From assembly GCA_003141835.1 (NCBI GenBank), contig PLNR01000004.1, positions 13,943 through 77,942 of the forward strand: 64,000 bases of DNA, in the 5' to 3' direction. Within the stretch, counting starts at the first letter, position 1. Every line of letters begins with the position of its first letter. The notes under the pieces were generated by a model, which saw only the letters and a list, made by a program, of their open reading frames with translations, was not told the DNA's origin and ran no database searches. Positions 10,016 through 19,003 of this stretch are shown one piece after another. The position numbers and the translations under genes are program-made. The DNA is from Candidatus Omnitrophota bacterium. Its GTDB lineage: Bacteria > Omnitrophota > Gorgyraeia > Pluralincolimonadales > Pluralincolimonadaceae.

Positions 10016-10105
10016 TTACTTCTTCTTGTGCCTGTCCCTGCGGAGCCTCTTTTTTCTCTTGTGCGTCCTGATCTTTCTTCTTTTGCGCTTTTTACCGCAC
10101 GGCAT
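10016..10105 (-). CDS. 29-aa Arg/Lys-rich small protein (bS22/ribosomal-like basic peptide?)
   Basis: This ORF is not in the ORF track because it falls below the length cutoff. It reads ATG CCG TGC GGT AAA AAG CGC ... TAA, giving MPCGKKRKRRKIRTHKRKKRLRRDRHKKK, and is preceded by a perfect SD (AAAGGAGG) 9 nt upstream of the ATG. Confidence 0.45.
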   Translation of the reverse strand: MPCGKKRKRRKIRTHKRKKRLRRDRHKKK

Positions 10106-10121
10106 CTTGTGCTGCCTCCTT

Positions 10122-10997
10122 TTAATATATGACTTTATTGAGCGGGTATTCGATTATGCCTTCCGCCCCGGCCTGTTTCAATTTGGGTATGAGCTCGCGC
10201 ACCTGTTTCTCGTCGATGATCGTCTCGATGGCGCACCATCCGGGAACACTCAGCTGCGAAATGGTGGGCCTGCGCATGGCCGGAAGGATGCCGAGTATCT
10301 TTTTTAAGTTCTTGTTGGCGATGTTCATCTTCAGGCCGACCTTCTCCTCGGCGGCTATGGCGCCCTTGAGGAGTATGGCGATCTTCTCTATCTTCGCCTT
10401 CTTCCAGGGATCTTTCCAGGATTTTTTGTTGGCGATCAATTGCGTCGTCGAGGTGCAGAGCGTCTCGACTATTTTCAGGTTGTGCGCGCGCAACGAAGAG
10501 CCGGTCTCGGTAAGCTCGACGATGGCGTCGACCAGGCCGGAATACACCTTGGCCTCTGTCGCGCCCCACGAGAACTCCACGTCGGCGTTGACCTTCTTCT
10601 TCTTAAAATATTCTTTTGTGAAATTTACGAGCTCGGTGGCGATCCTCTTGCCGTTAAGGTCCTTCACCCCGCGGATATTGGAATTCTCCGGGACGGCGAG
10701 GACCCATCTTACCGGGTTGAGGCTCTGTTTTGCGTAGGTAAGCTCTTCGACGCGGACTATGTCGGATTTGTTCTCGAGTATCCAGTCGTTGCCGGTGATG
10801 CCGCAGTCGAGGATGCCCTGTTCGACATACCGCGACATCTCCTGAGCCCTTAACAGGACAGGGGCAAGCTCCGGGTCGTCGGTCGAAGGGAAATACGACC
10901 TCTCCGAGCCGGATATGGAGAACCCGGCCTTCTTAAACAGTTTAAAGGTAGCCTCTTGCAGGCTACCTTTAGGTAAACCTATTTTCAGTTTGGACAT
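10122..10997 (-). CDS. hisG: ATP phosphoribosyltransferase (long form)
   Basis: [22 protein letters not shown] is the HisG N-terminus. At 291 aa it includes the C-terminal regulatory domain. Confidence 0.85.
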   Translation of the reverse strand: MSKLKIGLPKGSLQEATFKLFKKAGFSISGSERSYFPSTDDPELAPVLLRAQEMSRYVEQGILDCGITGNDWILENKSDIVRVEELTYAKQSLNPVRWVLAVPENSNIRGVKDLNGKRIATELVNFTKEYFKKKKVNADVEFSWGATEAKVYSGLVDAIVELTETGSSLRAHNLKIVETLCTSTTQLIANKKSWKDPWKKAKIEKIAILLKGAIAAEEKVGLKMNIANKNLKKILGILPAMRRPTISQLSVPGWCAIETIIDEKQVRELIPKLKQAGAEGIIEYPLNKVIY

Positions 10998-11022
10998 GGC
11001 TCATATTCTATATTCAACGAGC

Positions 11023-11394
11023 CTAAAAGTCAACGATATTTTCGCCGGAAGACAGCTGGTCCGTCAGTACGAGCTCTTCGGCGAGGTCGTCTCTTGAAAG
11101 GAGCGCTACCGAAACGAGGGTCGGCCCCCTGGAGGCAAAGGAGAACAGGACGATGTTTAACGCTAAAATAAACATCGCCGCGGCAAGCACCGGTTTGGGC
11201 TGGAAAAAGGCAAAGGAGATCCCGTCCAGCCATCCGGCGAACCCGTAGCTGCGGTTCGACTTACGGCTGTCTATGGCATCCAATCTCTCCCCCAGCTCCC
11301 TGTCGAACTCCGGCCAGAACCCTTTCGGGGGCTCGGGAGCCTTCCTCTTCGATATCATATCCATTATATCCTTAAATGACGCCATATTCTCCAC
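11023..11394 (-). CDS. putative membrane anti-sigma factor
   Basis: A 123-aa protein with a single TM (VLAAAMFILALNIVLFSFA) overlaps the ECF sigma gene by 23 nt. The call rests on position only. Confidence 0.4.
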   Translation of the reverse strand: MENMASFKDIMDMISKRKAPEPPKGFWPEFDRELGERLDAIDSRKSNRSYGFAGWLDGISFAFFQPKPVLAAAMFILALNIVLFSFASRGPTLVSVALLSRDDLAEELVLTDQLSSGENIVDF

Positions 11395-11974
11395 CCCCCT
11401 CCGTTTTTATGTATGGCGATAACGCCTTCTGTAAATTCTTTGTCGCGCGGAAAAGATGCACTTTCGCGGTCGACTCGCTGCATTTTATCATATCCGCTAT
11501 CTCGCCCAATTTCATGCCGTGCATATGCCTTAATACAAAAGTTATTTTCTGCTTCTCCGGCAGCCTGTTTATAGCCTCGTCGACTTTTTCGCGTATCTCC
11601 TTATTGAGGAGCGCCTTCCTCGGGCCCGGCCCGTTGTCGACCGCCTCGACCGGCGCCTCGTCGTCCTCATCCGCCGGCTCCCGGACCTCGACGAGGACCC
11701 TGATCCTGGCCTGCTTTTTCCTCAAGACATCCTTGCACTGGTTCAGGAGTATCCTGTAAAACCACGTGTAAAACGCTGAGCCGCCGCGGAATTTCCCGAT
11801 ATTCAAATACGCCTTGACGAAAGCTTCCTGCAGCACGTCCTTGGCGTCCTCGGCGTTGCCGGTAAAATTGTAAGCGAGGGCGAACGCCTTCCCCTTGTAC
11901 ATATCCACAAGTGAGTCGAACGCCGCCCGTTCGCCATTCCTGGCCCGTTCAATAAGCAGAAGTTCCGGATCCAA
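11372..11974 (-). CDS. ECF-type RNA polymerase sigma factor (sigma-70 family, region 2/4)
   Basis: Region 2 (AFVKAYLNIGKFRGGSAFYTWFYRILLN) and the region 4 helix-turn-helix (LGEIADMIKCSESTAKVHLFRA) are both present. Confidence 0.85.
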   Translation of the reverse strand: MDPELLLIERARNGERAAFDSLVDMYKGKAFALAYNFTGNAEDAKDVLQEAFVKAYLNIGKFRGGSAFYTWFYRILLNQCKDVLRKKQARIRVLVEVREPADEDDEAPVEAVDNGPGPRKALLNKEIREKVDEAINRLPEKQKITFVLRHMHGMKLGEIADMIKCSESTAKVHLFRATKNLQKALSPYIKTEGGGEYGVI

Positions 11975-11988
11975 TATTTGTTCGGCCT

Positions 11989-12312
11989 TTACTTGTTCGT
12001 ATCAGCCAGGTCCTTCTTGAGTTCTGAGAGGGTCGATTCCATCCTCTCTATCTGGCCCTGGATCATTTCCTTGTATTTCGCCGGGTCCTTCTCTTTCAAC
12101 TGCGCCAGCCTCTCGTGGATCTGCTCGCGGCGGTGTTCCATCATCTTCTTGAACTGCTCGGGATGCTTTTCCCCGTATTCCCTCAGCTTATGGAACCTCT
12201 CGAAGCCCTGTCCTCTTGACTGCGCCTTGCCGATAGAATAACCGGTAAAACTCGAGCTTGCCGCGATGATCAGGACAAGCACTGCCGCCAAAACTGCCTG
12301 GGAAGCCTTCAT
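11989..12312 (-). CDS. periplasmic coiled-coil protein (Spy/CpxP/ZraP-like?)
   Basis: A signal peptide (MKASQAVLAAVLVLIIAASSS) precedes a charged helical body. It lies 14 nt upstream of the ECF sigma gene. Confidence 0.35.
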   Translation of the reverse strand: MKASQAVLAAVLVLIIAASSSFTGYSIGKAQSRGQGFERFHKLREYGEKHPEQFKKMMEHRREQIHERLAQLKEKDPAKYKEMIQGQIERMESTLSELKKDLADTNK

Positions 12313-12384
12313 CTTGCACCCTCCTTTTACTGTGTTAGACGGATAGGAACGCTAAAAGTTTACTTTATTTTACCATAAATGGGG

Positions 12385-12413
12385 TTGCCTGTCCGAAGTT
12401 TTCCTGTTATAAT
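12385..12413 (+). promoter_or_regulatory. sigma-70-like promoter for the ppiD-like gene
   Basis: TTGCCT, a 17-nt spacer and TATAAT lie about 50 nt upstream of the AAGGAG RBS and the ATG at 12463. Confidence 0.4.
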
Positions 12414-12462
12414 GCTTAAACTTTACCTACCCCACGCAATGGGGCTCTAAGGAGAACCTAGA

Positions 12463-13872
12463 ATGCTCAAACAGATCAGGGAGAACGCAAGAGTACCTCT
12501 TTACCTGTTGATCGTGGCCTTCATCGGCCTCTACGCGGTAAGCGGGCATGATACCGTCCCGCCTGCCGGAAAGATATTCGGCAAAAAGGTCCCGATCAGC
12601 GATTTCCAGAAAGCCTACAACGGCGTGAAGACGCAGCTGACGATAAGATACGGCAAGCTGCCCAACGACTCTAAAATAGAGCCGGTCCTCGAGGACGAGG
12701 CGTGGAACAGGCTCATAATGCTTTATGAGGCAAAAAAAGAGCGCATAAAGGTCACAGATAAGGATATCGTCGATTACGTGAAGGGCGTGACCGCATTCAA
12801 TGACAAGAGCGGCAGGTTCAGCAAGAGGCAGTACGAGGAGATACTGAGATACGGTTTCGGCCTCACCCCTGCCGAGTTCGAAGCCCAGGTCAGGGATAAC
12901 CTGACGATAGACAAGCTGATCGAGAAGCACAGCGACGACGTGAAACTCACCGACGCCGAGATACTCAACGAATATAGATTCCTGAACGAGAAAGCGAAGG
13001 CCGATTACATCCTGTTCAAGACCTCCGATTTCCTGACGCAGGCGGTGGTGACCGAAGACGAAGTAAAGGCGTATTTCGAAAAGAACAAGGCGGCCTTCAA
13101 GATACCCACGCAGGTGAACGCGGAATATATCGCCAAGCCGTTCCCTGACGATAAGGAAGAGACGAAACAAAAGGTCAGGAAAGAGATAAAAGACATCTCC
13201 TACGAATTTGCGGCGGATACCGATTTGGCGGCGGCCGCGAAGAAGTTCTCGCTCGAAGTGAAAGAGACCGGATTCTTCAACAGGGAGACGAATATCCCGG
13301 GCATAGGATACGACCTCAAATTCGCGGACACGGCGCTGTCCCTTGCCGTGGGCCAGGTCAGCAGCCCGCTTGAGACGAAGACCGGCGTATATATAATAAA
13401 GATAAAGGAAAAGAAGCCGGAGCGCCAGGCAACCTTCGTTGAAGTAAAGGATGACGCTGAAAAGAATTTAAAGGCCGAGAAGGCCGACGCTATCGCGAAG
13501 GTAAAGGCCCAGGAAGCGCTTAAATCCCTGAAAGCGGGATCGAGCCTCCCATTCAAGAAGACCGAGGCGTTCGCGAGGGGCCAGTATATAGAGGGGCTGG
13601 GCGTGTCGCCTGAGTTCGCGGAAGCCGCGTTCTCGGTAAAACAGGGTGAATTGTTCGGCGACACGGTTAAAATCCACGACGGTTATGCGATCGTCAGGCA
13701 GGATTCGATAACCCCCATAGACGAGAAGAAATTCCAGGAAGAGAAAGATAAATTAAAGAAGTCGCTTTTGGAGCAGAAGAAATATTTCGCCTCGATAACC
13801 TGGTTCAACGAGCTAAGGAAGAAGGCTAACCCGCAGCCCGCCCTGAATAAGGCACGGGCAGCCCGCCAATAG
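12463..13872 (+). CDS. ppiD: periplasmic chaperone / peptidyl-prolyl isomerase, PpiD/SurA family
   Basis: An N-terminal TM anchor, a SurA_N-like domain and a parvulin-like region give a 469-aa protein. It is the only substantial plus-strand gene in the window. Confidence 0.7.
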   Translation: MLKQIRENARVPLYLLIVAFIGLYAVSGHDTVPPAGKIFGKKVPISDFQKAYNGVKTQLTIRYGKLPNDSKIEPVLEDEAWNRLIMLYEAKKERIKVTDKDIVDYVKGVTAFNDKSGRFSKRQYEEILRYGFGLTPAEFEAQVRDNLTIDKLIEKHSDDVKLTDAEILNEYRFLNEKAKADYILFKTSDFLTQAVVTEDEVKAYFEKNKAAFKIPTQVNAEYIAKPFPDDKEETKQKVRKEIKDISYEFAADTDLAAAAKKFSLEVKETGFFNRETNIPGIGYDLKFADTALSLAVGQVSSPLETKTGVYIIKIKEKKPERQATFVEVKDDAEKNLKAEKADAIAKVKAQEALKSLKAGSSLPFKKTEAFARGQYIEGLGVSPEFAEAAFSVKQGELFGDTVKIHDGYAIVRQDSITPIDEKKFQEEKDKLKKSLLEQKKYFASITWFNELRKKANPQPALNKARAARQ

Positions 13873-14377
13873 TCTCGCCCATAACATTTACCGGCTGGAG
13901 GAACTCCATTTCGAGGAGCTTCCAACCGTCTTCTTCTTTAACGAGCTTCAGCCTGAACTTATCCTTCTCCCCTTCCAGCCCCTGCATTATAGTCTCTGAC
14001 GCGCCCCGGCCGGTGCGGCCGATTATCAGGGCGGTCACTTCCACGTCGGCCTCTGTCTTCGCCCCGTTCAGTTTTATATCCACGCTCTCAATATTTATGA
14101 ATACATCCTTATAATACGAGACAAAACCCTTCACGCCGAAGACGAGGGTCGAGCGGTCATTGCCGTATTTATCTTTATAATTAAAGGAGACCATATCCGA
14201 GATACCGAGGAGGTTCTTCTTCTCGATGCGGGCTTTGCCTGTCATGATGAATTTCTTGATGCGGGCCGGCTCGCCGCCGAATACGTCCTGGACCAAATTA
14301 TAACCGAAATAGGCGACGAGTGAGATAACGACCGCCCACAAATAGATCTTAATATACTTTCTTATTGGGAAGCTCAT
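13826..14377 (-). CDS. hypothetical membrane-anchored protein
   Basis: The N-terminal TM is IYLWAVVISLVAYFGY. The gene is convergent with ppiD and the 3' ends overlap by 47 nt. Confidence 0.4.
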   Translation of the reverse strand: MSFPIRKYIKIYLWAVVISLVAYFGYNLVQDVFGGEPARIKKFIMTGKARIEKKNLLGISDMVSFNYKDKYGNDRSTLVFGVKGFVSYYKDVFINIESVDIKLNGAKTEADVEVTALIIGRTGRGASETIMQGLEGEKDKFRLKLVKEEDGWKLLEMEFLQPVNVMGETIGGLPVPYSGRAAG

Positions 14378-14816
14378 TGAATTTCCTGAAAAGCCCGAGG
14401 CATTCTCTTCTCATGAAGGCAGGAACGAGTTTCACTTTGCTCTTTCCGAGGGATTTGAGCCGGCTGTCGGTTATCTCAAGCTCGTTAAAACCGATCCTTT
14501 TTGCGTCTCTTGTCGTGGTGCCGTAGATTATCTTATCGATACGGGCCCAGTGTATCGCGGAAAAACACATCGGGCACGGCTCTGTCGTCGAATAGATAAC
14601 GCAGCCTGAAAGGTCGAAGGTCTTTAATTTGCGCGAGGCGAGGCGGATGGCGTTTATCTCGGCATGGCAGGTCGCGTCATTTTTCAACACAGAATTGCGA
14701 GCGACCGCGATCACCCTGTCGCCTTTGACAATACAGGCGCCGAACGGCCCGCCGTCCATCCTCTTGAGATTCTTCCCGGCCTCTTTTATGGCCAGGAGCA
14801 TGAATTTTTTATTCAT
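14349..14816 (-). CDS. tadA: CDA-family nucleoside deaminase (tRNA adenosine deaminase TadA-like)
   Basis: The zinc motifs HAEINAI and PCPMC are present. Confidence 0.8.
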   Translation of the reverse strand: MNKKFMLLAIKEAGKNLKRMDGGPFGACIVKGDRVIAVARNSVLKNDATCHAEINAIRLASRKLKTFDLSGCVIYSTTEPCPMCFSAIHWARIDKIIYGTTTRDAKRIGFNELEITDSRLKSLGKSKVKLVPAFMRRECLGLFRKFNELPNKKVY

Positions 14817-15475
14817 CTGTTCTTCAACTCCCTTATCGCGTCCGCGGCAATCCAGCGGGCGGCCCTTGAGTCTATATTATATATCTCTTTGGCGGCTTTA
14901 AGCGCGGCTTTCCTGAGCTTCGGGTTGCGCTTGCCGATCTGGCGAAGGGCCCAGTTGACCGCCTTCCTTACATAATTGCGCTCGTCGGCAGATTCCCTCT
15001 TTATCACCGGGAAATAGACCATGAATGCCGCGTCTTTTGCTTTTTTATCATGGACTGCGAGGCAGGCCATCAGCGCGAAACCCGACCGCTTATAATATTC
15101 TTCTTTCTTCCTGCTCCACTCGTGGGTTTTTTTGTGAGCAACCGGCGTATAACAAAAAAGGTTAGAACATACCTGGTCGCAGATATCCCATGAATCAAAA
15201 TCCTTGGCCCACTCGTCCATCTCCTTGGGAGTGATTTTATCTGGATCGGCTACCATGCCGGCGAGGATGCGCGCTTCGTGGATACCTGACGCCCACAGTT
15301 TTTGGGCGAGAGCGTGGTCTTTGCCTGCTTGCCTCGCTATCTTCCTTAGGACGGGTATGGGCACACCGAGGGTGTTCTTGGAACTGATGCCGAAGCGGGC
15401 CATCCCCTCGATATTCTTGGGGCTAGAAAGGGATTTGAGTTTTTTTATTATTTCCGCGGCCGTATATCGGGGCAT
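14813..15475 (-). CDS. DNA alkylation repair enzyme (AlkD-like HEAT-repeat)
   Basis: The DNA_alkylation family pattern is present, including WDICDQV and HEAT-like repeats. Confidence 0.75.
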   Translation of the reverse strand: MPRYTAAEIIKKLKSLSSPKNIEGMARFGISSKNTLGVPIPVLRKIARQAGKDHALAQKLWASGIHEARILAGMVADPDKITPKEMDEWAKDFDSWDICDQVCSNLFCYTPVAHKKTHEWSRKKEEYYKRSGFALMACLAVHDKKAKDAAFMVYFPVIKRESADERNYVRKAVNWALRQIGKRNPKLRKAALKAAKEIYNIDSRAARWIAADAIRELKNR

Positions 15476-15478
15476 GGA

Positions 15479-15736
15479 TTATTTCTTTAGTGTGATCTCG
15501 ACGAGCTTCGCGGTGACGCCGGGGAGCTTGTTGAGCCTCCTGGCGAGCTCCTTCTTTTTCTTGCTGTCTCCGACGAGCTCGAGGATTATCAGGCCGACGT
15601 CCGAACACTGGTTGAGGACGCCGTCGTGGATGCCGAGGCGCGTCTTGACGAAGCAGCCGTATTTGGTGAGGACCTTCTGGAAATTTACCGCCGATCTGCT
15701 GCGGGTGCGTAAAAGCGCTATCAGTATGCTCTTCAT
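15479..15736 (-). CDS. TM1266-like ACT-fold small regulator
   Basis: At 85 aa, ILIALLRTRSRSAVNFQKVLTKYGCFVKTRLGIH...GLIILELVGD...LPGVTAKLV resembles the small putative Fe-only hydrogenase system regulator family. Confidence 0.45.
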   Translation of the reverse strand: MKSILIALLRTRSRSAVNFQKVLTKYGCFVKTRLGIHDGVLNQCSDVGLIILELVGDSKKKKELARRLNKLPGVTAKLVEITLKK

Positions 15737-15753
15737 ACCTGCCTCCTTTAAGA

Positions 15754-16848
15754 TTACCGGTCCCCGAAACAGGTCCCGACAGAACGCGCCGACTCTACGA
15801 GCGGATGGTTCTTCGGGACGAGCCTCTTGCCCTTCGCGACATCCCTAAGGGAGGCCTTGACGAACTCATTGTTCCTGACCGCGACCATATGGCCGAACGC
15901 GCCCTCATTCACGAGATCCATCGCCCCTGTCCCAAGCTGTGTGGCCAGGACCCTGTCGAAAGGCGTGGGCGAGCCTCCCCTCTGGAGATGGCCCATTATC
16001 ACGGCGCGCGTCTCTATGCCGCACGCTAACTTCTCTATCTGCCCGCCGAGGACAAAGCTTACGCCGCCGAGCCTGATCGATTCGAAGCTCTCCTTCACTA
16101 TCCTCTTTACGACGACATCCCCACCCTTCGGCTTCGCGCCCTCGGAGACCACGATTATGCTGAACCTCTTGCCTTTGCTGTGCCTCTCTTTTATCTTCCT
16201 GACAACCACGTTGATATCGTACGGGATCTCGGGGATGAGTATGATATCGCCGCCGCCGGCAACACCGGAGTGGAGCGCTATCCAGCCCGCGGTACGCCCC
16301 ATTACCTCTATTATCATCGCGCGGTGATGCGATTGCGCGGTCGTATGTATCCTGTCTATGCCTTCGGTCGCCACCCATACGGCCGTGTCGAAACCGAACG
16401 TTATATCGGTGCCGAGGATGTCATTATCTATCGTCTTCGGGACGCCGACGATCGGGATCCCATCCTCATAAAGCCTGTGAGCAATGCTGAGCGTCCCGTC
16501 TCCGCCGATAACCACCAGCGCGTCGGCTTTCAACCTCTTAAAATTATTTATGGCGCTCCTGTGGTAGTCCTTGAATGTGACCTTGCAGTTCTTGCCTTCT
16601 ATGGCGTAATGGTAAGGATTGGCAATATTGGAGGTGCCGAGTATCGTGCCGCCTAGGGCAATGATGCCCGAGACATCGTGATTCTCGAGCTTCCTGACCC
16701 TATTCCTTACGAGGCCTTCGTAACCATCCTCGATCCCGACGACTTCGCATCCTTCGCCCATGGCTTTTTTAGCCACGGCCCGTATGACCGCGTTCAGGCC
16801 CGGGCAGTCCCCGCCGCCGGTAAGTATCGCTATCCTTTTAGGTTTCAT
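15754..16848 (-). CDS. pfkA: 6-phosphofructokinase
   Basis: ILTGGGDCPGLNAVIRAV, IGGDGTL and PKTIDNDI are present. Confidence 0.9.
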   Translation of the reverse strand: MKPKRIAILTGGGDCPGLNAVIRAVAKKAMGEGCEVVGIEDGYEGLVRNRVRKLENHDVSGIIALGGTILGTSNIANPYHYAIEGKNCKVTFKDYHRSAINNFKRLKADALVVIGGDGTLSIAHRLYEDGIPIVGVPKTIDNDILGTDITFGFDTAVWVATEGIDRIHTTAQSHHRAMIIEVMGRTAGWIALHSGVAGGGDIILIPEIPYDINVVVRKIKERHSKGKRFSIIVVSEGAKPKGGDVVVKRIVKESFESIRLGGVSFVLGGQIEKLACGIETRAVIMGHLQRGGSPTPFDRVLATQLGTGAMDLVNEGAFGHMVAVRNNEFVKASLRDVAKGKRLVPKNHPLVESARSVGTCFGDR

Positions 16849-16914
16849 ATTAGCTCCCTCTGTTAGATTATAAGAGCGCCGTAATTAAAAAGCAACTTTA
16901 AAAAATCGGGCGGG

Positions 16915-16980
16915 TCCTGTCTGCCGAGCACCTCACCCCTTTTGCTGGTGCAAAAGGGGTGAGGGCTCCGTCGGCAGCCA
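16915..16980. terminator. long GC-rich hairpin (probable terminator downstream of dus)
   Basis: The core CCTCACCCCTTTT-GCTGGTGC-AAAAGGGGTGAGG is extended by flanking CTGCCGAGC/GCTCCGTCGGCAG complementarity. On the minus strand it is followed by a TTTTTT run. Confidence 0.4.
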
Positions 16981-16994
16981 CCTGCTGCAAATTT

Positions 16995-17948
16995 TTAAAT
17001 CTTGCTTATTATCTCCAACATTTCTTTTTTCGTTTCCGCCGCGCAAGCCGCTACACGTAATGGGCGGACGTTATTAAGTCCCTTGGTGTACCAGCAGAAG
17101 AACTTGCGGAATGCCGGGATCGCCCTTTTGGCGCCGAAACATTTGACAGAGGAGTTGAGATGGTATTTTATCGTCTTTACGACCGTTTCTTTTGAAGGCC
17201 TTTCCTGGATAGTTCCGTCTTCGAGGTAAGTTTCGACCTCACGGAAGAACCACGGGTTGCCCAGCGCGCCGCGGGCCAGGAGGATACCGTCGCAACCGGT
17301 CTCGTCGAACATCTTTTTCGCGAGCTGGGCGGATAATACGTCGCCGCTGCCGATGACCGGGACCTTCACCGCGTCCTTGACCGACTTTATGACCCCGTAA
17401 TCGACGCTGCCGCTGTATAACTGGTTCCTCGTCCTGCCATGGATGAATATCGCAGAGACACCGGCATCTTCGGCAACCACAGCGGTCTCCCTGGCGTTGA
17501 CCGAATTCTTTTCCCAGCCGGCGCGGATCTTTACAGTGACCGGCCACCTCGATTCCCTGACCATTATCTTAAGCAGGCGCTTGAGTTTGCCTAAGTCCTT
17601 GAGCAGGGCCGCGCCCTCACCCTTCGCGGTGACTTTCCTTTCAGGGCAGGCGGCGTTGAAATCGAGGATATCGAATTTGTATTTATGGAGTTTTTCTATC
17701 GCGCGGTTCAAATATTCGGGTTCGTTGCCTACGAGCTGGATGCCGAGAGGCCTGTCGCCTTTTGCCGACCCTAGCATCTCGAGCGCCTTGACGTTGCTGT
17801 AACTTAACGAGCGCGCGTTGACCATTTCGGTAAAAGCGAGCTCGGCGCCGAATTTGCGGTTGAGCATGCGGTACGGCAGGTCTGTTATGCCCGCCATCGG
17901 GGCGAGGATGAGGTTAGACTTTAATTTAAGCTTGCCGATCGTCAGCAT
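16995..17948 (-). CDS. dusB: tRNA-dihydrouridine synthase
   Basis: LAPMAGITDLPYR..., ...DFNAACP and the TIM-barrel FMN-binding pattern are present. Confidence 0.9.
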   Translation of the reverse strand: MLTIGKLKLKSNLILAPMAGITDLPYRMLNRKFGAELAFTEMVNARSLSYSNVKALEMLGSAKGDRPLGIQLVGNEPEYLNRAIEKLHKYKFDILDFNAACPERKVTAKGEGAALLKDLGKLKRLLKIMVRESRWPVTVKIRAGWEKNSVNARETAVVAEDAGVSAIFIHGRTRNQLYSGSVDYGVIKSVKDAVKVPVIGSGDVLSAQLAKKMFDETGCDGILLARGALGNPWFFREVETYLEDGTIQERPSKETVVKTIKYHLNSSVKCFGAKRAIPAFRKFFCWYTKGLNNVRPLRVAACAAETKKEMLEIISKI

Positions 17949-17954
17949 GAACTA

Positions 17955-18377
17955 TCAGTCGGAGATCTTTATGTATTGCTTGGGCGCAAAATTGTTTTCG
18001 AACGTCCAGACGCACGCGACGCATTCCGTGATGCGGAAGACCGCAAGCACGCCAAGGCCCAGCTCCTCGACGATAGGCTTCAGGAACGGCCTTGACGCGA
18101 CGATCGCCCTTTTGAGGTTATCATCGTACACTACTACGGCCTTTCCTTTCACCCTGACCTGGATGCCGCTCTTCTGGTTGAAGAAGCATGCCTCGACCAG
18201 CGGGTTGTCGCAGATCTGCTTGAACAGGTCTTTCGAATTGCCGGTATGGAATATTATGCCTTCGTCGTCGGCGCGGTACGCCATCATGCCCCTTACGTGC
18301 GGCTGGTTCCCTTCGGCAGTGGCGAGATTACAGGCGAGGTTCTCGTTGATGAATTTGATTATCTTTTCTTTTGTCAT
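17955..18377 (-). CDS. pyridoxamine 5'-phosphate oxidase-like FMN-binding protein
   Basis: A 140-aa protein with a PNPOx-like split barrel pattern (ACNLATAEGNQPHVRGM). Confidence 0.6.
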   Translation of the reverse strand: MTKEKIIKFINENLACNLATAEGNQPHVRGMMAYRADDEGIIFHTGNSKDLFKQICDNPLVEACFFNQKSGIQVRVKGKAVVVYDDNLKRAIVASRPFLKPIVEELGLGVLAVFRITECVACVWTFENNFAPKQYIKISD

Positions 18378-18986
18378 CTAAATATACCTCACGACGTATT
18401 CCAGTGATTTTTTCTTGGGGCCTTCCCCTTCCTTAAGCGGATAGCCTACGGGGATGACCGCCATGAACTCGCCTTTCGATTCCCCAAAGAATGAAAGGAC
18501 GTCATCCTTTATCAAGAACAATATCCCCAGCCAGACGCTGCCGAGGCCGAGGGATGTCGCGGCAATAAGCAGGTTCTCCGCAGCCGCGGCCGAGCTTTGT
18601 ATCTCCATCGTCCGGAAAAAATCCTTTGCCTTCTCTTTTTCTATCTTGAATAATTCGGTGCCGTGGTTTATCAGTATCCCCGTGTTCACGACCGCGATGA
18701 CGACCGGCGCGTTGCTGATGCTTCTTGCCGCCATGCGGAGTATCGAGGACGAGGGTTTTGGAAAATCCGAGGACTTGTCTACGACCAGCTGGGCAAGCTG
18801 GTGTTTCTTCTCGCCGCGGACTACGATAAAATGCCACGACTGCTGGTTATGCGCCGACGGCGCCTTATTCGCGGCATCGAGTATCACCTTGATAAGGGAA
18901 TCGCCTACCGGAGTATCCCGGAATTGCCGCACGCTGTGCCGGCGATGGACCACTTTTAGAGTATCGTTTGAATGGCAGTCTTCCAT
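18378..18986 (-). CDS. nitroreductase family protein
   Basis: RHSVRQF...APSAHNQQSW is present. I trimmed the ORF-track N-terminal extension to the internal Met at MEDCHSN. Confidence 0.7.
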   Translation of the reverse strand: MEDCHSNDTLKVVHRRHSVRQFRDTPVGDSLIKVILDAANKAPSAHNQQSWHFIVVRGEKKHQLAQLVVDKSSDFPKPSSSILRMAARSISNAPVVIAVVNTGILINHGTELFKIEKEKAKDFFRTMEIQSSAAAAENLLIAATSLGLGSVWLGILFLIKDDVLSFFGESKGEFMAVIPVGYPLKEGEGPKKKSLEYVVRYI

Positions 18987-19003
18987 ATTGGAACAATTAT
19001 ACT

